The notes: generated by a model not told the origin, from the sequence alone. DNA of 64,000 nucleotides from Hemiscyllium ocellatum (GCF_020745735.1 NC_083401.1:139063740-139127739), one strand, 5' to 3'. Counted from the stretch's first letter, positions 13,312-27,884 are shown. Program-made: numbers and translations.

Positions 13312-13897
13312 TAGCTCCTTGAAAGTAGAGTCACAGGGAGATAGGATAGTGAAGGCGGCATTTAGTCTGCTTTCCTTTATTGGTCAGAGCATTGAGTATA
13401 GGAGTTGGGAGATCATGTTGCGGCTGTACAGAAGATTGGTTAGGCCACTTTTGGAATATTGCGTGCAATTCTAGTCTCCTTCCTATTGGAAGGATGTTGT
13501 GAGAATTGAAAGGGTTCAGAAAGGATTTACAAGAATGTTGTTAGGGTTGGAGGATTTGAGCTATTGGGACAGGCTGAATAGGTGGGGCTGTTTTCCCCAG
13601 AGCAGCAGAGTGAGTGGTGACCTTAACAGGGTTATAAAATCATGAAGGGCATGTATAAGATAAATAGACAAAGTCTTTTCCCTGAGGGGGGAGTCCAGAA
13701 CTAGAGGGCACAGGTTTAGGGTGAGAGGAGAACAATATAAAAAGGACCTAAGGGCAACTTCTTCACGCCAAGGAAGGGTTTGGAGGGATATGGGCCGGGT
13801 GCAGGCAAATGGGAATAGATTAGGTTGGGATATCTGGTCAGCATTGACGAGTTGAACCGAAGGGTCTGTTTCCGTGCTGTACATCTCTATGACTCTA
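13312..13897 (+). mobile_element. CR1/HER1 LINE 3' fragment
   Basis: Highly similar to the 24652-25560 copy in the opposite orientation; tail ctctatgactcta. Confidence 0.9.
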
Positions 13898-13929
13898 AGT
13901 GAGGATACCAGTCAGTCATGCAATAGGAA

Positions 13930-14560
13930 GTACATAGAAATATTATGCTGAGGAAACAGACCATTCTACTGATTACAGGCTCACTGAATGATCAATTCAC
14001 TTAGAGTCATTTCCCTGCATTCTGCTGGAATCCCTGCACATTTTTCTTTAACAGATTAGAGTTTGTGACTTTGTTCATTTATTCACTTGCTTCCACTATA
14101 TGCTCAGGCAATTCATTCCAGACCTTAATCTCTCACTGCACGAAAACATGTTGTTTCCAGGTCACTTTTGCTTCTTTTGCCAAGTTAAATTGTATTTTTT
14201 CATTCTTGATGCTTTCATAAGTGGACGCAATTTCTCCTTATCTTCTCTATCCAGACCTCTACAAAATCTGTCTCAGCAATTTTTCCCCAAGGTACTAGTT
14301 TCTCCAATCTATCTTCATAACAAAATATTCAACTCAGGAAACATCCTTGTGAGACTTCTCTCCCATCTCTCCAGTACCTTCACATCATTCCTGAAATGCA
14401 ATGTCTAAAACTAGTGGCAATATTCCATCTGAAGCCAAACTAATGTCTGACATAAATTCAAAATAATTTTCCATGCTTTTGTACTCGATGTCTTTATCGA
14501 TAAAGACAGGATTCTGTGTGCTTTATTAACTGCACTCACAACCTGTCTTGCCACTTTCGC
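13930..14560 (-). mobile_element. Old CR1 LINE 3' fragment
   Basis: Degenerate reverse-strand CR1 C-terminal region. Confidence 0.6.
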
Positions 14561-15334
14561 TATCGCTCCTGGTGTTTGTTAATTTCACTGCCATCCTCAC
14601 AATGGCTGATGGGTTATACATTCAGATCCCACTTCTCCAAAACCCACTTTGGAATGTTATACTCTGTTGAATCAATTCAGTTGAAAATTGTATTTAATTA
14701 AAAGTATATTTAATCCATATGTAATAATGGAAATTAGAAGAATAAAGAGTTTCATCACATCTCTAGTTACATGAATTACTTCACTAATCATGTGACTCAG
14801 TTCTCCTCAAAACAAAGAAGCTGCAATCCAGGGGAAAAAAGATTACCTGGGATGAAATATTAAATTTATGGCAATATCCTGACTTATTAAAGAACTTGTC
14901 ATACCAGTGTGACATAGCACTCAATGAGTGTTTATCTCGATGAGTTAATATAAAATCTTGGCTCCATGATTTATTATAAATCCCATTCTATTTTATGCTG
15001 ATGATACTTTACGAAATTTCATTTTTCATTTGGCCAGGAACATTATTTTCAAGATAAATATCTTAAATATCTTGTGTAGCATGTATAGCTCATGTTATGG
15101 TAATGGCCCATCTACCTTCATTTAGAGTATGGCAGGTAAATCAATAGAATGAAAATCAGTGTTTGAAAGCGTAGTGGAAAGAGCAATCGATAACATGTTA
15201 TATATCAAAAAAAAACGCTCACTACATCTCTACAGTACTTTAATGAAAAGACAAAAAAGGGTGCCCTCAGTAGAGATTTCATGGACAGTTATAACTCTGA
15301 CATCTACATAACTATGTGTAAAAATGTTCAGAAA

Positions 15335-15925
15335 TGTTGTGCCTACAAAGAGCAGGACACATCAAACCTGAACAATTACTACCCATCTACTCTAGGCATC
15401 GGCGATGAGCTGCAAGATGTCATCAACAGTGCTGTCAATCAGCACTTAACTCAGCACGAATCTGTTCACTGACATTGTTCCCCTCAGTCCTGAATGTGGC
15501 ACAGTCTTAGTCCAAACATGGACAAAAGATCTGAATTCAAGAGGGGAAGTGATGTTGATGGTCCTTGACAACAAAACCACATTTGACCAATGGATGGCAT
15601 CAATGTGCCTTAGCAAAATTAGAGTCAATGGATTTAATGGGTGGGAGGAAGACCATTATAATCTACACTGGCTGGAGTCATACCAGGCACAAAGGAAGAT
15701 GATCCATAGCTGTTGGAGGTCTTTCAGGGGATTGTCCTAGGCCCAACCATCTTCAGATGCTTCTTCAATAACCTTCCCTCCATCATAAAGTCAGAAATGG
15801 AGATGTTTGCCAATGATTGCACAATATTCAGCAACATTCACAACTTATCAGAAATTGAAACAGTCCATGTCTAAATGCAGCAAGACTTTGACAATGTTGA
15901 TAAGTAACAAGTAACATTTGTTCTA
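15335..15925 (+). mobile_element. Degraded LINE RT fragment (second family)
   Basis: Remnants of QG..LGPTIF and FA(D)DCT motifs. Confidence 0.7.
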
Positions 15926-16985
15926 CACAGTATTTTATTAGCTTTTCTGTTATGATCAGGTTCTCAGGCGAGGTTCCCAATTTGTCACAGTCCCAAACAG
16001 GATTCTCATGTTTTAGCTTTGCAGGTGAGGAGAGATGAACTAGCTCCCCGTCTTTATTCAATCTGTTCCACATTGGTGGTTACTGGCAGTATTGATGTAG
16101 GACAGTTGATTTTTGAGAGTCATGATTTTGTTGGCTGACCGAAGTTCCTTAATCCTGCTTCCTTTTTAAAATCTGGTTTACAACACTCAGAGTGAGAAAG
16201 TGTTTTTCCCTGCAACACAGGAGTAACTAGGAGATAGTTCTTTAATTGTGAGCATCACAACATGCTAATGTTTGAACTCCGTATGGCACATATGAGCACA
16301 TTTAGTCTGACTAGACCCCTGAAGTAGATTTCAAACTGACTTCTTAACCCCTTCAAGGGGAAAAATTACAAAACGTGTCTGCAGTTTGGGACATTTGGAC
16401 TTGCTACTGAGCAAGAAGTCAAGATCATGTAGTCAGAAGAGATCACAGTTCAGTCTGTTTGAATTTGCTTTGACAACTTTAGGTGTTACATAAATTTGGT
16501 CCCACAAAATTATTTTACACCTGTATTTATCTTCTTTGTTATAAAAACCTGTTAAAAAAAAACACAATTTGGAATCAAGGGGTATAAAGCTTTTTGAAGT
16601 TCTGACTCATATCATCTACCACATCTGAAGCAACATCGCACCAAGGTTCCTTAGCTCGCAATTTTCAATCCTTTGATTTCTACCATCAAGAAGTACAGGG
16701 ACACCAAATATATTTGAATTGCACCACCTGCAAGTTTCTCTCTAAGCCACACCACATTCTGATTTGGGACTTCATCACTATTCCTTCACTGTTGGTGGAT
16801 TGCTCCCCCATCATCATTTTGGGTTATCATGATTTACTGGTGTAACATGCCATATATCAAGCCCCACTATTCCTAGAGATGTGCCAAATGCTAAGGGTTT
16901 TTTAAGGTACGAAGGTTCAGAACAAGGCTGATAGAAAACACGGACTAGATTTCTGCATTAAACAAGAATGATTATTTATAAAGTC

Positions 16986-17562
16986 GTAGAATCATAGAGC
17001 ACAGAAACAGACCATTCAGTCCAAGATTATGCTGACTATAATCCCAAAATAAACTAATCCTACCTGTCTGCTCCAAACATCTTCTATTGATGTACTTATC
17101 TAAATGTCTTTTAAATGTTGTAACCGTAGCCATATCCATCACTTCTTCTGGAAGTTCATTCCTCACACGAACCACTCCCTCTCATGTCTTTTTAAAATCT
17201 TTCTCCTCTCACCTAAAGGTATGCCCCCTAGTCTTGAAATCCACCACCCTAGGGAAATGGCACCTGCCATTTACCTTATCCAAACCCCTCATTATTTTAT
17301 AAACATCTACAAGGTAACCTCTCAACTTCCTCTGCTCCAGTGAAAAAAGTGCCAGCCTATCCAGCCTCTCCTCACAACTCAAACCCTCCTTTCCCAGCGA
17401 CATCCTGGTAAATCTCTTCAGAACCCTCGCCAGTTTAATAGCGTCCATCCATAACTGGGTGACCAGAACTGGACATCGTATTCCAGAAGATGCCTCACCA
17501 ATGTCCTGTACTACCTCAAAATAATGTCCCAACTCTTATATTGAAAGGTCTGAGCAATGATG
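16986..17562 (-). mobile_element. CR1 LINE 3' fragment
   Basis: LALFSLEQRKLRGYLVDVYK and RNELPEEV motifs. Confidence 0.88.
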
Positions 17563-17699
17563 GATAATATTTATAATATTTATTATAATGAGATTGCAGT
17601 TATAAGTAAATAAATATAAACATTTGGCATTAACAATACAAACCAAACCTCTAATCATCTTACACAGATACAGAGACAAATAAATTGGGTAAATAGATT

Positions 17700-17835
17700 T
17701 GTCAGAACTGACACAATATCAATAGATTCAAAATATTAACTCCGTTTTTCTCTCCATAATTATTGCCAGAATTGATGAGTTTCTCTATCACTTCATGTTT
17801 TTCTTTCATATTTCCAGCATCCATAGTTCTTTGCA
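17700..17835 (+). mobile_element. Old PLE-terminal remnant (same family as the 9503 element)
   Basis: Degenerate caaaatattaactccgtttttctctcca...atttccagcatccatagttctttgc. Confidence 0.6.
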
Positions 17836-17884
17836 TTTATCTTAGGATATATTAGATCAGAAGACCAACAGCTTCACCATCAAA

Positions 17885-19060
17885 AGACTCAAAGAGGTGC
17901 ATTTTATCAAGTATCTAAAAGGAGGCAAGTGAGATAAAAAGGTAGAAAGGGAATTCTTGAAGTTTCAGGCTTAGCCAACTCAAAATGCAAACACCAATTG
18001 TGGAGCAGCTGTGACTGGAAATATACAAGAGGCCAGATATTTCAGAGAATTGTGGAATTGGAAGAAATGAAGGGGCAATGCCAAGGTGGAATTCAAAAAT
18101 AACAATGTGGATTTTGAAATTATTACATTGCTTGACCAAAGCCAATGTAGATCACCAAGTAGAAGAGTGAAAGGGGACAAGCTGTAAGTTAAGAGTCGTT
18201 GAGTTCACAATTTTGTAGAATTAGCATGTCAGAGATCAGCTAAAACTGCATTGGAATAGTCAGATTGGGGGATAAAAAGGTTTGCAGCTCGACTGAGACA
18301 TGACAAAGTTTGATATCATAGAGATGGAAATAAGTGGTCTTGAAGATGGCATGAATATCAGATTGGAAGCTCATCTCAGAAGCTAATGTGACACCAAAGT
18401 TGTAAATAGACTGGTTTAAGTTCAGGTAACAGCTAGGGACCAGGATGTAGATGATAACTTAAGAATAAGGCCAAAAACACTGGCTTTTATTCTAACATTA
18501 TTAAATTGGAGGAAATTTCTGCTCATCCAGAGATGTGTCAAAAAAGCAAGCTGATACTTTAGTAATAGTGGAGGAGCTGAGAGAGAGGTGGTACAGGTAC
18601 AGCTAGGTGATGAAGTGGAGTCGGGTATTGTCAGTGCACGTGCACACAGCCTTCAGATATTGAAACCAAGGGGTAGCATATCAATGAGAAATAGGATTAC
18701 AAAATGGATAGATCCTTAGGGACACTAGACATAATGATACAGGAGCATGAAGCGAAGTCTTTGATTACAATTAGGTAGTTAATGAGAGCAGACACAATCT
18801 AACTGGACAACAATGGAGAGGAATTGGAGGAAAATAGTTTATTTGACCATATCACAGGCCACAGATAGGTCAAGAAGGAGGAGGAGAAAAAGTTTACCCT
18901 TATCAGAATAACTAGGATGACACTTGTAACTTTGAAGTTCCATTTAGGAGCTGTAGCAGGGATTCCAAAACATTGATTGGAATGATTCCAAAATTATATT
19001 CTAGGAAAGATGGGAACCGTTCTGGGAATGACAACACAAAGCCTTTGGAGTAGAAAATGA
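17885..19060 (-). mobile_element. Old L2-like LINE remnant
   Basis: Degenerate RT motifs on minus (GV..GS.L..L; ADNTxL). Confidence 0.5.
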
Positions 19061-20116
19061 GATGGGACTTCTAATTTGAGGGCTCCAATGTCTTGCCATT
19101 TCTTTTCCTAAATGTCATTTGTACCTTTTGAAAAATATATGGGTGCAGTGCAAACACAAGTGGCCTCCCGCTTACTCCTCAAAGAAAATGCTACACTGAC
19201 AAACCTAAGAAACATCTTCAGTGTTGTGATTTAATATGAAGATGGATTCCCTCCAGCAACCCAGTATGAAAGATCGGCTTTCAAAATATAAAAGGTCTTT
19301 TAAAATGTTAGGAATAACCTGGAACTGTTCAACTCCGCAAAAATCGTACCACTTCTCACCAATATTGACTAAACACACACTCGATAAATGATCAAACTAT
19401 GTCTATAATCCTATGAGTTTCTGGAAGCAATTTGGTTGAATAAGCTTGTACACAGTTAAATAGGTGGCAATGATAGTTTGTTTTGAGAAAAATGTTCTCA
19501 TACATTTTCAGTCATGCGATAATGTTCCCTCAAATATCATCATCTTATTAATTTATAAAATAACTTGCAGGAAATTGAAAACAAATTGCAAGTGTCATTT
19601 TAAAACACAGTAGAGTGCTCACTTTGCCTGCAGTATTTGGCTTCAATTCATGTTTATAAGTGATTGTAAAGAAGGACCTGTTCCTGTGCTGTACGGTATT
19701 GCATCTTATTATTGTTCTGGATGCATAAAATTTATGATTCAAAGTTCAGCGCTCTCAACTCAGTTGTATGAAAATAAGGAAGTGAAAAGCCCAGCTTCAG
19801 GTAATTTAATTCAGTGATGACAAGACAATAGGCAATTAAAGTGTAACTATTATAATAAGATGAAATATTTATTTTACAAGAAACCGATTTCAGGAAATGC
19901 AGTTTAGCAAGTGTACAACATTTGTAGTTCAAACTTTCAGAATCAAACACAAAGTTCTATTATAATTCATCATTTTTTTAATAGCACTCTGCTCTGCATA
20001 TCATTAACATAAACGCCCACGTCCAATATGCATTCATGTAAGGACCAATGGCTAAAGTTATACCATTGATTGACATTGGTGAAATGAAATAATCACATAA
20101 TGCTACTTCTCTTTGC

Positions 20117-20337
20117 TTATCTTTCAAACTCAAGGTCATTGAATACAGTACATGTGTGAGTTCTTTCATATTGGACAAGATAAGCATGCAGGTGGTTATC
20201 TTTTCTTGGGCAGTGAATTTGCAGTCCAGTAGGAAAACTAATAGCACAAGGAACTCTGTTCAAATTTTGCGAGCACATTTTAACTCTTTCTCTGCCAATA
20301 TCTTCAAAGAAGTTCATCATGCAGACCATTACCAGAG
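20117..20337 (-). other. Candidate terminal exon of an unidentified minus-strand transcript
   Basis: Strong acceptor tttcttttgttgcattttcacgctttgtAG; open frame LVMVCMMNFFEDIGRERVK...FNDLEFER*. No homology recognised. Confidence 0.3.
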
Positions 20338-20629
20338 CTACAAAGCGTGAAAATGCAACAAAAGAAATGATTAAATATTAGGAGGCTGTGTTAATGATTA
20401 AGTACTTTCTGTAAAATTATTGGATTGGTAATTTCTGATGCAAGTCAATGATTCCATGAAATTCCTTCCTTATGGATGCTGCTACCTGCTAAATTATTGT
20501 GATCCATATAAGAGATGTGAACATTTTTGGCAAGGCCGTTACTTGTTGTTCATCTTCAGATGCCTTTGAGAAATTAGTGGTGTGCCATTGCAATCCCTTT
20601 GGTGCATGCAGATACACCTTGCTGTTAAG

Positions 20630-20850
20630 AAAGGTAAGGGACAAGAGGTTTAGAGAGTGTATGAGGAATTTTTATTTCAACCACAGGGTGGTGGGAATCT
20701 GGAACTCACTGCCTGTAAGGATAGTAGAGGCAGAAACCCTCATAAGAAAAATTTAGATGCGCACTGGGTATACAGTCAATGGGCCAAGTGCTGGGAATTG
20801 GGATTAAACTTTTGACTACAGCAGATTCAATGGTATAGGTCCCTTCGAAA
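20630..20850 (+). mobile_element. CR1 LINE 3' fragment
   Basis: RVVGIWNSLP motif. Confidence 0.7.
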
Positions 20851-21864
20851 TAAAATAATAGCTCTGTCGAAACACTAAAGCCAACTGCATGGCATGCTGG
20901 GAAAACTGGCCAACGGATCAACATGCTGGGAATTGGATCAGATCAGACAGGCATACAAACTAGTTACCTTGATTGATTATGTTGAATAGGTATTAATGCA
21001 ACACTGGAACTGAGACATTAAGCCACGAAGTTTGTAGCATTCATTGTCAAATTGATTCAAGCCAGATAGATATACAAGCCATTCACCTTGACTGATATTG
21101 AATAAGTGTTGATGAGACAATGTTGTAAGGTTTTGGAGGGAACAATAAAGTTTCAGTAGAACTGTTTTTGAGATAGCCCAACTCCTAGAGTCAGCTCAAT
21201 CAATTACATTTTTACATCAAACTGCTGTCACTAAATGAAAGTAAGCCACTATACTTGGGAATGACCCAGATAACTATTTAAAAGTGGCCACTCAAATTAG
21301 AGGGACTGACACTCCAGAGATATGAGCACAAGAAGCAGGAACCATGGGAGCAGGAAGAATAGGCTCAATTTCAGATGAACCAGCTATAAAAAGGGTAATA
21401 TAAACTTCTTTACCATATGGTGCTTCGAAAGCTGATTCTAAGCCAGTGTGAGAACATGGGCATTTACAAACTATAAGGTTACTTGGGAAATTAGAGGGAA
21501 AGATGGGTTTAATAGAATTGCAAATTTATATATTTATAACTTGTGTTTCAACATAATAAACCACATTTGATTATTAGAGTAAAATGAATCCCAATAGGTA
21601 AGCAAGTAGATCAGACACATGTGAAAATGAGGCTTACAATGGGACACAGACTCTCTGTCTGTGTTGTAAACCTCTATGACTTTGTGAAAACAGTTTCAGA
21701 TTTTGACCCAACAACAGTGAAGGAATGCTGACAGTTCCAAGTCAGGGTCAGGTGTGACTTTTACAGGAACCTGCATGTGGAAATGTTCCAATATATCTGC
21801 TGCCCTTGTTCTTCTTGCAAGTAGAGCTTGTAAGTTTGGAAGCTGCTGTAGAATGCTTTAATGA

Positions 21865-23530
21865 ATTGCCTTTGACAAGCTCCCACTTGGAAACAGATAA
21901 AGAAAGTAAAGGTCCATTGGATCCAGGGCAACTTGGCAAGCTGGAACCAAAATTAGCTTAGTGACAGGTGACAAAGAGTGGTGGTAGAAGACTATTTGTA
22001 TGTGTTATGGACCAGGCCAGACTGCTCAAAACATGTTTAAGCAGGTAGCCCAGACCGTAACGTTGCTATTTATTTTAGCAAAGTGTACAGTGGATATTCC
22101 TGGAGTAAGTTAGCTGGTTCAACTGCCAAGATTTAAACAAACCGAATTTATTTACAAAATTAAGGAATGAAACACAAGGAACAGAAAACAAAATACCAGA
22201 TAACTTATCCTATTCAAACTCAACTTAATGATGCTGTTCCAAAAATACTTGCAACAGTCCCAAAACAGACATCACTTAGCACAAAAAGTAAAAATGACAC
22301 AAAAAGTTAATAGTTACAAAGAAGAGAGAAGATGCCACAGCCTGTTCCACACACAACTGTCACTAAACTCACTCAAGTTCTGGACTGAAAGAAGGCTAGC
22401 TACACAGCGAGCTGGCTACTCCCCTTTGATTATACCGGTTATTTCTAAGACATGAAAGTCTTAGGCTGGAGGCATTATCAAGAGCCCCAATAAACCATTC
22501 AAACCTAGCCAAGCTGGAGTCTAACCAAGTACCCCCTCTCTGGAAAAAATGCAAGGGTATAGCAACCTTGTTAAAAGAATCAGTATTGTGACCCGTGAAT
22601 GTAGCCGAATGTGGAGTAGCACACCACAGGGATCAGAACGGAATTCCTTATTGTTTATGATATTCATCAATGATGTAGATGAGAACGTGGGAGGGATGAT
22701 AAGTAAGTTTGTGGATGTCACAAAGATTGACCGGGTCATTGACAGTGAGGAGGAGGATCTTAGGTTACAGAAGGATATTAATGGGGATTTGTCAGATGGG
22801 CAGATCAATAGCAGATGGAATTTAACCTGACAAGTGTGAAGTGATAAACATTGAAGTCAGGAACAAAACAAAGGAGTACTCAATCAAAGGCAACACATTA
22901 GAAAGATCAAAGGATCAGAGATATCTTGGGGTGTATGTGCATAGACTCCTGAAGGTGTGGTGCAGGAGAGGTTATAAAGAAGTTAAGAAGGCATATGGGA
23001 TGCCTGCCTTTAACAGTTCTGGCATAGATTATAACAACAAGGAGGTTATGTGGGAGCTGAACCATTAAGCTACTGCTGGAATACAGTGTGCAATTCTAGG
23101 AAGCATGTGATTGTGCTAGAGGGGGTGCAGAGAACATTCAACAGGGTGTTGCCTGGGATGGAGCATTTCAGCTTTGACAAAAAGCCGGATAATTGGGTTG
23201 TTTTGTTTGGAGCAGAGAAGATTGAGGGGGGGGGGGATCTGATAGAGATGTAATAAGATTATGAGGGGCATGGACAGTGCTGATAGAAAGCAGTGTCAAT
23301 TGGAATGTCAATAACAAGGAGACATCATTTTAAAGTGGAAGGCAGGAGATTTAGGGGAATTTGATGAAAAGCTTTTTCACCCAGAGGGTGGTGGGGGCTT
23401 GGAGTGCACTGTCTGGGAGGGTAGTTGAGGCAGGAAACTTCACAACCTTTAAAAGGTACCTGGATGAGCACTTGAAGTGTCAGAACATTCAAGGCTATGG
23501 GCTTACTGTGGGAAAGTGGAGCTAAGTTGG
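21865..23530 (+). mobile_element. CR1 LINE RT to 3' fragment, interrupted by the solo LTR
   Basis: PQGS..LLFMIFINDVD...ISKFVDVTKI motifs continue across the 22003-22593 insertion. Confidence 0.85.
22003..22593. mobile_element. Probable solo LTR inserted in a CR1 LINE
   Basis: About 590 bp interrupting a colinear CR1 RT region. Begins TGTTATG, ends TGTGAC(C); 4-bp flanks tatg/cgtg are consistent with a CpG-decayed TSD; AATAAA on minus near 22147. Confidence 0.65.
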
Positions 23531-24651
23531 AAGTATATTTTATTCCGAGATATCTTTGTATAGCCTCAATACTATTTTAGGACTGAATCTTTAGTTAGTG
23601 TGGCTGTCTAAGCTTTTTTAAAAATTATTTAAAATCATTCTTAGTTGCGTCTTAAAACTAACAAAAAGGTTGACTGAAAATGTTATCTTGCCAGGCTGGT
23701 AAAGATAATTCAACCATTACATTTTGCACTGCATTAGGCTAGTATTCTGATTATAAGCTTACCTTTGTAAACATTTAACTTGCCCCACTTCAAACAAGCC
23801 TAGTTCAAACTTCTAGTTGATGTTACCACTTTCAGCTTCTAGAGTGAAAGATTTCCAGATTTCTGCTACCTTTGGTGCGATATAACTCCTTACTGACATA
23901 CCTCTAATTTTAATACTGTACCTGTTTGATCTGAATTCCTCCAGAAGAGGAAATAGTTTCTTTGTAAATAACTATTAAATCATTTTATCATTTTACTTGT
24001 CTCATATTGATCATCCCACAACTATTGAGTCTCATAGGAATTTAAAAACAAATTCAAGCACCATTGTTTTTATCAGCTTTTAACTTTAGGGAGGATATGA
24101 TGCTAATTGACTGTAAATATAAAAGAATGATGGTAAGTTAGATGATTTATCATGAGAATAGAAAAAAATGTGAGGTGATATAGACTGATATTTTTAAAAA
24201 TAATGAAATTATAGAATAGGTTTAGAAGAGAGGTTTGAACAAGGAGCCACAGATTCAAGATTAATTGTCAGTAATTTAAAGCAGAAGCTAGATTCATTTC
24301 ATAGAGTCGTGAGAATTCATTGCAGGACTCACTTCCAGGCTTAATGGTTGAGACAGAATACATGTCAGCAGTTGACATTAGATGTGTGGATAGAGGAAAA
24401 AAAGACAGAGATATTGGAACAAGATCATAAGGACAGCTTGTTTGCATGGAGAAAAAAATACAGACATAGATAGACCAGGCTAAATGCTTTGTTTTAGTGG
24501 TGTGACATTTTATGTGCTTTTTTCCTATATATAATCAATAGCTGTATTTATGTAGAGAGGAAATATTATACAGCTTAATCCTGTTAATTATTGTGATACT
24601 TTAACTTGCATTACATTACATAAAGCAGGTTGCTTAATATGTATTTACCTT

Positions 24652-25560
24652 AGAGTCATAGAGATGTACAGCACGGAAACAGACCCTTTGGTCCAACCTG
24701 CCCATGCTGACCAGATAGCCCAACCCCATCTCGTCCCACCTGCCAGCACCCGGCCCATATCCCTCCAAACCCTTCCTATTCATATACCCATCCAAATGCC
24801 CCTTAAATGTTGCAATTGTACCAGCCTCCACTACTTCCTCTGGCAGCTCATTCCATACACGTACCACCCTCTGTATGAAAAGGGTGCCCCCTAGGTCTCT
24901 TTTATATCTTTCCCCTCTCACCCTAAACTTATGCCCTCTCATTCTGGACTCCCCGACCCTAGGGAAAACACTTTGTCTATTTATCCTATCCATGTCCCTC
25001 ATCATTTTGTAAACCTCTATAAGATCACCCCTCAGCCTCTGATGCTCCAGGGAAAACAGCCCCAGCCTGTTCAGCCTCTCCCTGTAGCTCAAATCTTCCA
25101 ACCCTGACAACATCCTTGTAAATCTTTTCTGAACTCTTTCAAGTTTCACATCTTTCCGATAGGAAGGAGACCAGAATTGCACACAATATTCCAACAGTGG
25201 CCTAACCAATGTCCTGTACAGCTGCAACATGACCTCCCAACTCCTGTACTCAATACTCTGACCAACAAAGGAAAGCATACCAAAAGCCTTCTTCACTATC
25301 CTATCTACCTGCGACTCTACTTTCAAGGAGCTATGAACCTGCACTCCAAGGTCTCTTTGTTCAGCAACACTCCCTACGACCTGACCATTAAATGTACAAG
25401 TCCTGCTAAGATTTGCTTTCCCAAAATGCAGTGCCTCGCATTTATCTGAATTAAACTCCATCTGCCACTTCTCAGCCCATTGGCCATCTGATCAAGATCC
25501 CATTGTAATCGGAGGTAACCCTCTTCGTTGTCCACTACACCTCCAATTTTGGTGTCATAT
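24652..25560 (-). mobile_element. Young 5'-truncated CR1/HER1 LINE (ORF2 C-terminus)
   Basis: 275-aa ORF with DLGVQVHSSLK, LYRTLVRPLLEYCVQFWSP and RLRGDLIEVYK; 3' tail ctctatgactcta. Confidence 0.93.
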
Positions 25561-27884
25561 CTTCTGCATCACTAACTCCTGTGCCGCCTGGACTCTGTTC
25601 CCCATCAGAACCTGAGCATTTCTTTACTCCTTCCATTCAATGCACAATCATTTACATCTTAATGACTTGTGAATACGTCTGTATATGCAATGCACAGCTG
25701 AATTTGTGCACTAATTGTCATTTATTGTCCTTATTTACTTGTTAACTGTATGAATCGCTTATTCAGTAACGATCACAACAGGTTTTCTCTGACTGGCTGC
25801 ATATATTTGCATTAAGTGGAATGCACATTAGATCCAAATATGTGCTATGAGTAAACCCACACGTACTCAAAAAGGGAAGAAATATTGAACCCATAATTAG
25901 TAAACATTTTTTTAAAAAACCCACAGTTAATAAAAACTAAGCTCAACAGCCCTGAAATTCTCAAGAGGTACGAGATTCTATCAGTCATCTTCCTTAATAC
26001 TGTGGTTCACTGGAAGACCAGAGGTTGGCCAGGATGAGGCTATGCTGGGTCCTAACATTGCAGGTAGACTCATGTCACTCATGAATCTGGCATCATAGAG
26101 AGTAAGACTAGGAAATCTATCTCAACGTCTCTGTTCAGACTGCCTGAATGAAAAGCACAATTGTGAAATGTATACCAGTGACTGCACCCCTTCCAGATGA
26201 TTCCGCAGTTAGCAAATTGTGGAGTTGTGAACTGTGTCACACTGGCCTTCATTCGTTCTACTGTAGTTGGTAATCACGAGGATCTAAAGCTTTTGTGTTT
26301 CCTCTGCTGTAAGATGATAGCTCACAATTCTTACCCACCCCTACAATCCTGCCTTCCTCCCTTCTCACACTTGGCATTTCCAGTGCTATCTGGTAGATTA
26401 GAAGAAATGCTTTAAATACTGAAAATGCTGGAAATAATCAGCATCTGGAAAATGTAACAAAATTACAAAGCTCAGGTCAACTGTGTTTTAGAAGAGTACT
26501 TAACTTTGTACTAAACGAATTTGATAAGTTTATGGAAATATTTTGGAATGTCATGGGAAGGTTTGTAAGGAGATTTGTTAATTTGGGGCTTTTATAGCCT
26601 GGGTGTGTATGGCTCTTTGGGAAAATAATTTATGTAAAATAAATTCAATAACCTTTATAAGTTGTGTCAATTGTCATATGATCAGTCATTAGTAGTGATT
26701 AACCTTTCAACAATTGATCCAGTCTCATTTGGTAACCATATTCAATATCGATCAATAGTGAGCGCATCTGGGAGCTTTTCAATGCACCAGACAGAGAGGA
26801 GGGTTGATGGATTCCATGGAACTTTTAGAGGCTTCCTTTCTGGTTGGTAACATTGATTGTAGCAATTGGGTATACTTGGAACTCTGGCAGTGTTCTGTAG
26901 GAATTTATAATGAGCAGACAATATGAATAGTGCTTCACCATTAAAATACACACCATTGTCAATAATGGCAATGGAAAGAAACATTAACAGCTAGAATATG
27001 ACAATTCAGTTAAGGCATGATAATACTCTGGAAAATTAAATCTCATGTAATGAAGCTGAAGGTTAATTCATAACATTATTGCACTGCACTTTATGGGACA
27101 TTGATACGTGCAATGTAGCTTATATGGTATGTTATGGTAGTGACTTTACCAAAAAATTAACTTAATTGCAATGCATTTTGTGTGGATGGTAAAGGTGCTT
27201 TATAAATGCAAGTATAGACATTTGTCTTTTTGTCATCTGTAATAAAACAGAAAACATTTATAATGACATTGAATAAAAATGGAGAAAGATTGGCCTTTGC
27301 TATTTGTAATTACACAACATTACCAGCTGATAGGTTTGATAATTTTTGCACTAAACTGACCTATCTTGAACATAACACATAAATAACTTAGAATGAAATG
27401 GATTAAATGTGAAAATAGTATATTGAATTAAGGAATGCTCTACTAATCCTAATTATTCTGGTGAATTTTCTAGGCTATTAACACAATTTCAGTAGCTGTC
27501 AACAGGATATGAGAAAAAAATTTAGCAAAATATAATTTACATAACTTCATCCACTAATAATTTTGCTATTTTGAAATATACATTGAATACTATTTAATTA
27601 TCTCACACTTATATCCTGAGGTTATTTTAATAGCAAACAAACTGCCAAGAAGTTCCACAAAACCCATCTTGATGTTAGGAGTATCTCACACCATCTTTCA
27701 TGCTTTTCACAAGTGGTACGGCAAGTTTCTCACTTGGCAGAAGCAAGTTGCCAATGAAGGGGTTTATTGCTTGTTAAATGGCTCAATTTGCCTCATTCAT
27801 ATTCCATTTCCTATCTTACCAAACTCACTAAACAAGTAAGAGGTCAAGAAAACTCAACATGAAAAGCAGAGTGGCTCCCTCTAT

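Noticed and set aside
19149-19391. Coding-looking plus-strand segment (MKMDSLQQPSMKDRLSK...)
   Set aside because: All frames from the candidate acceptor hit stops before this 51-codon frame; no other support.
24634-25461. 275-aa ORF as a host gene
   Set aside because: It is the CR1 ORF2 C-terminus of a truncated LINE.
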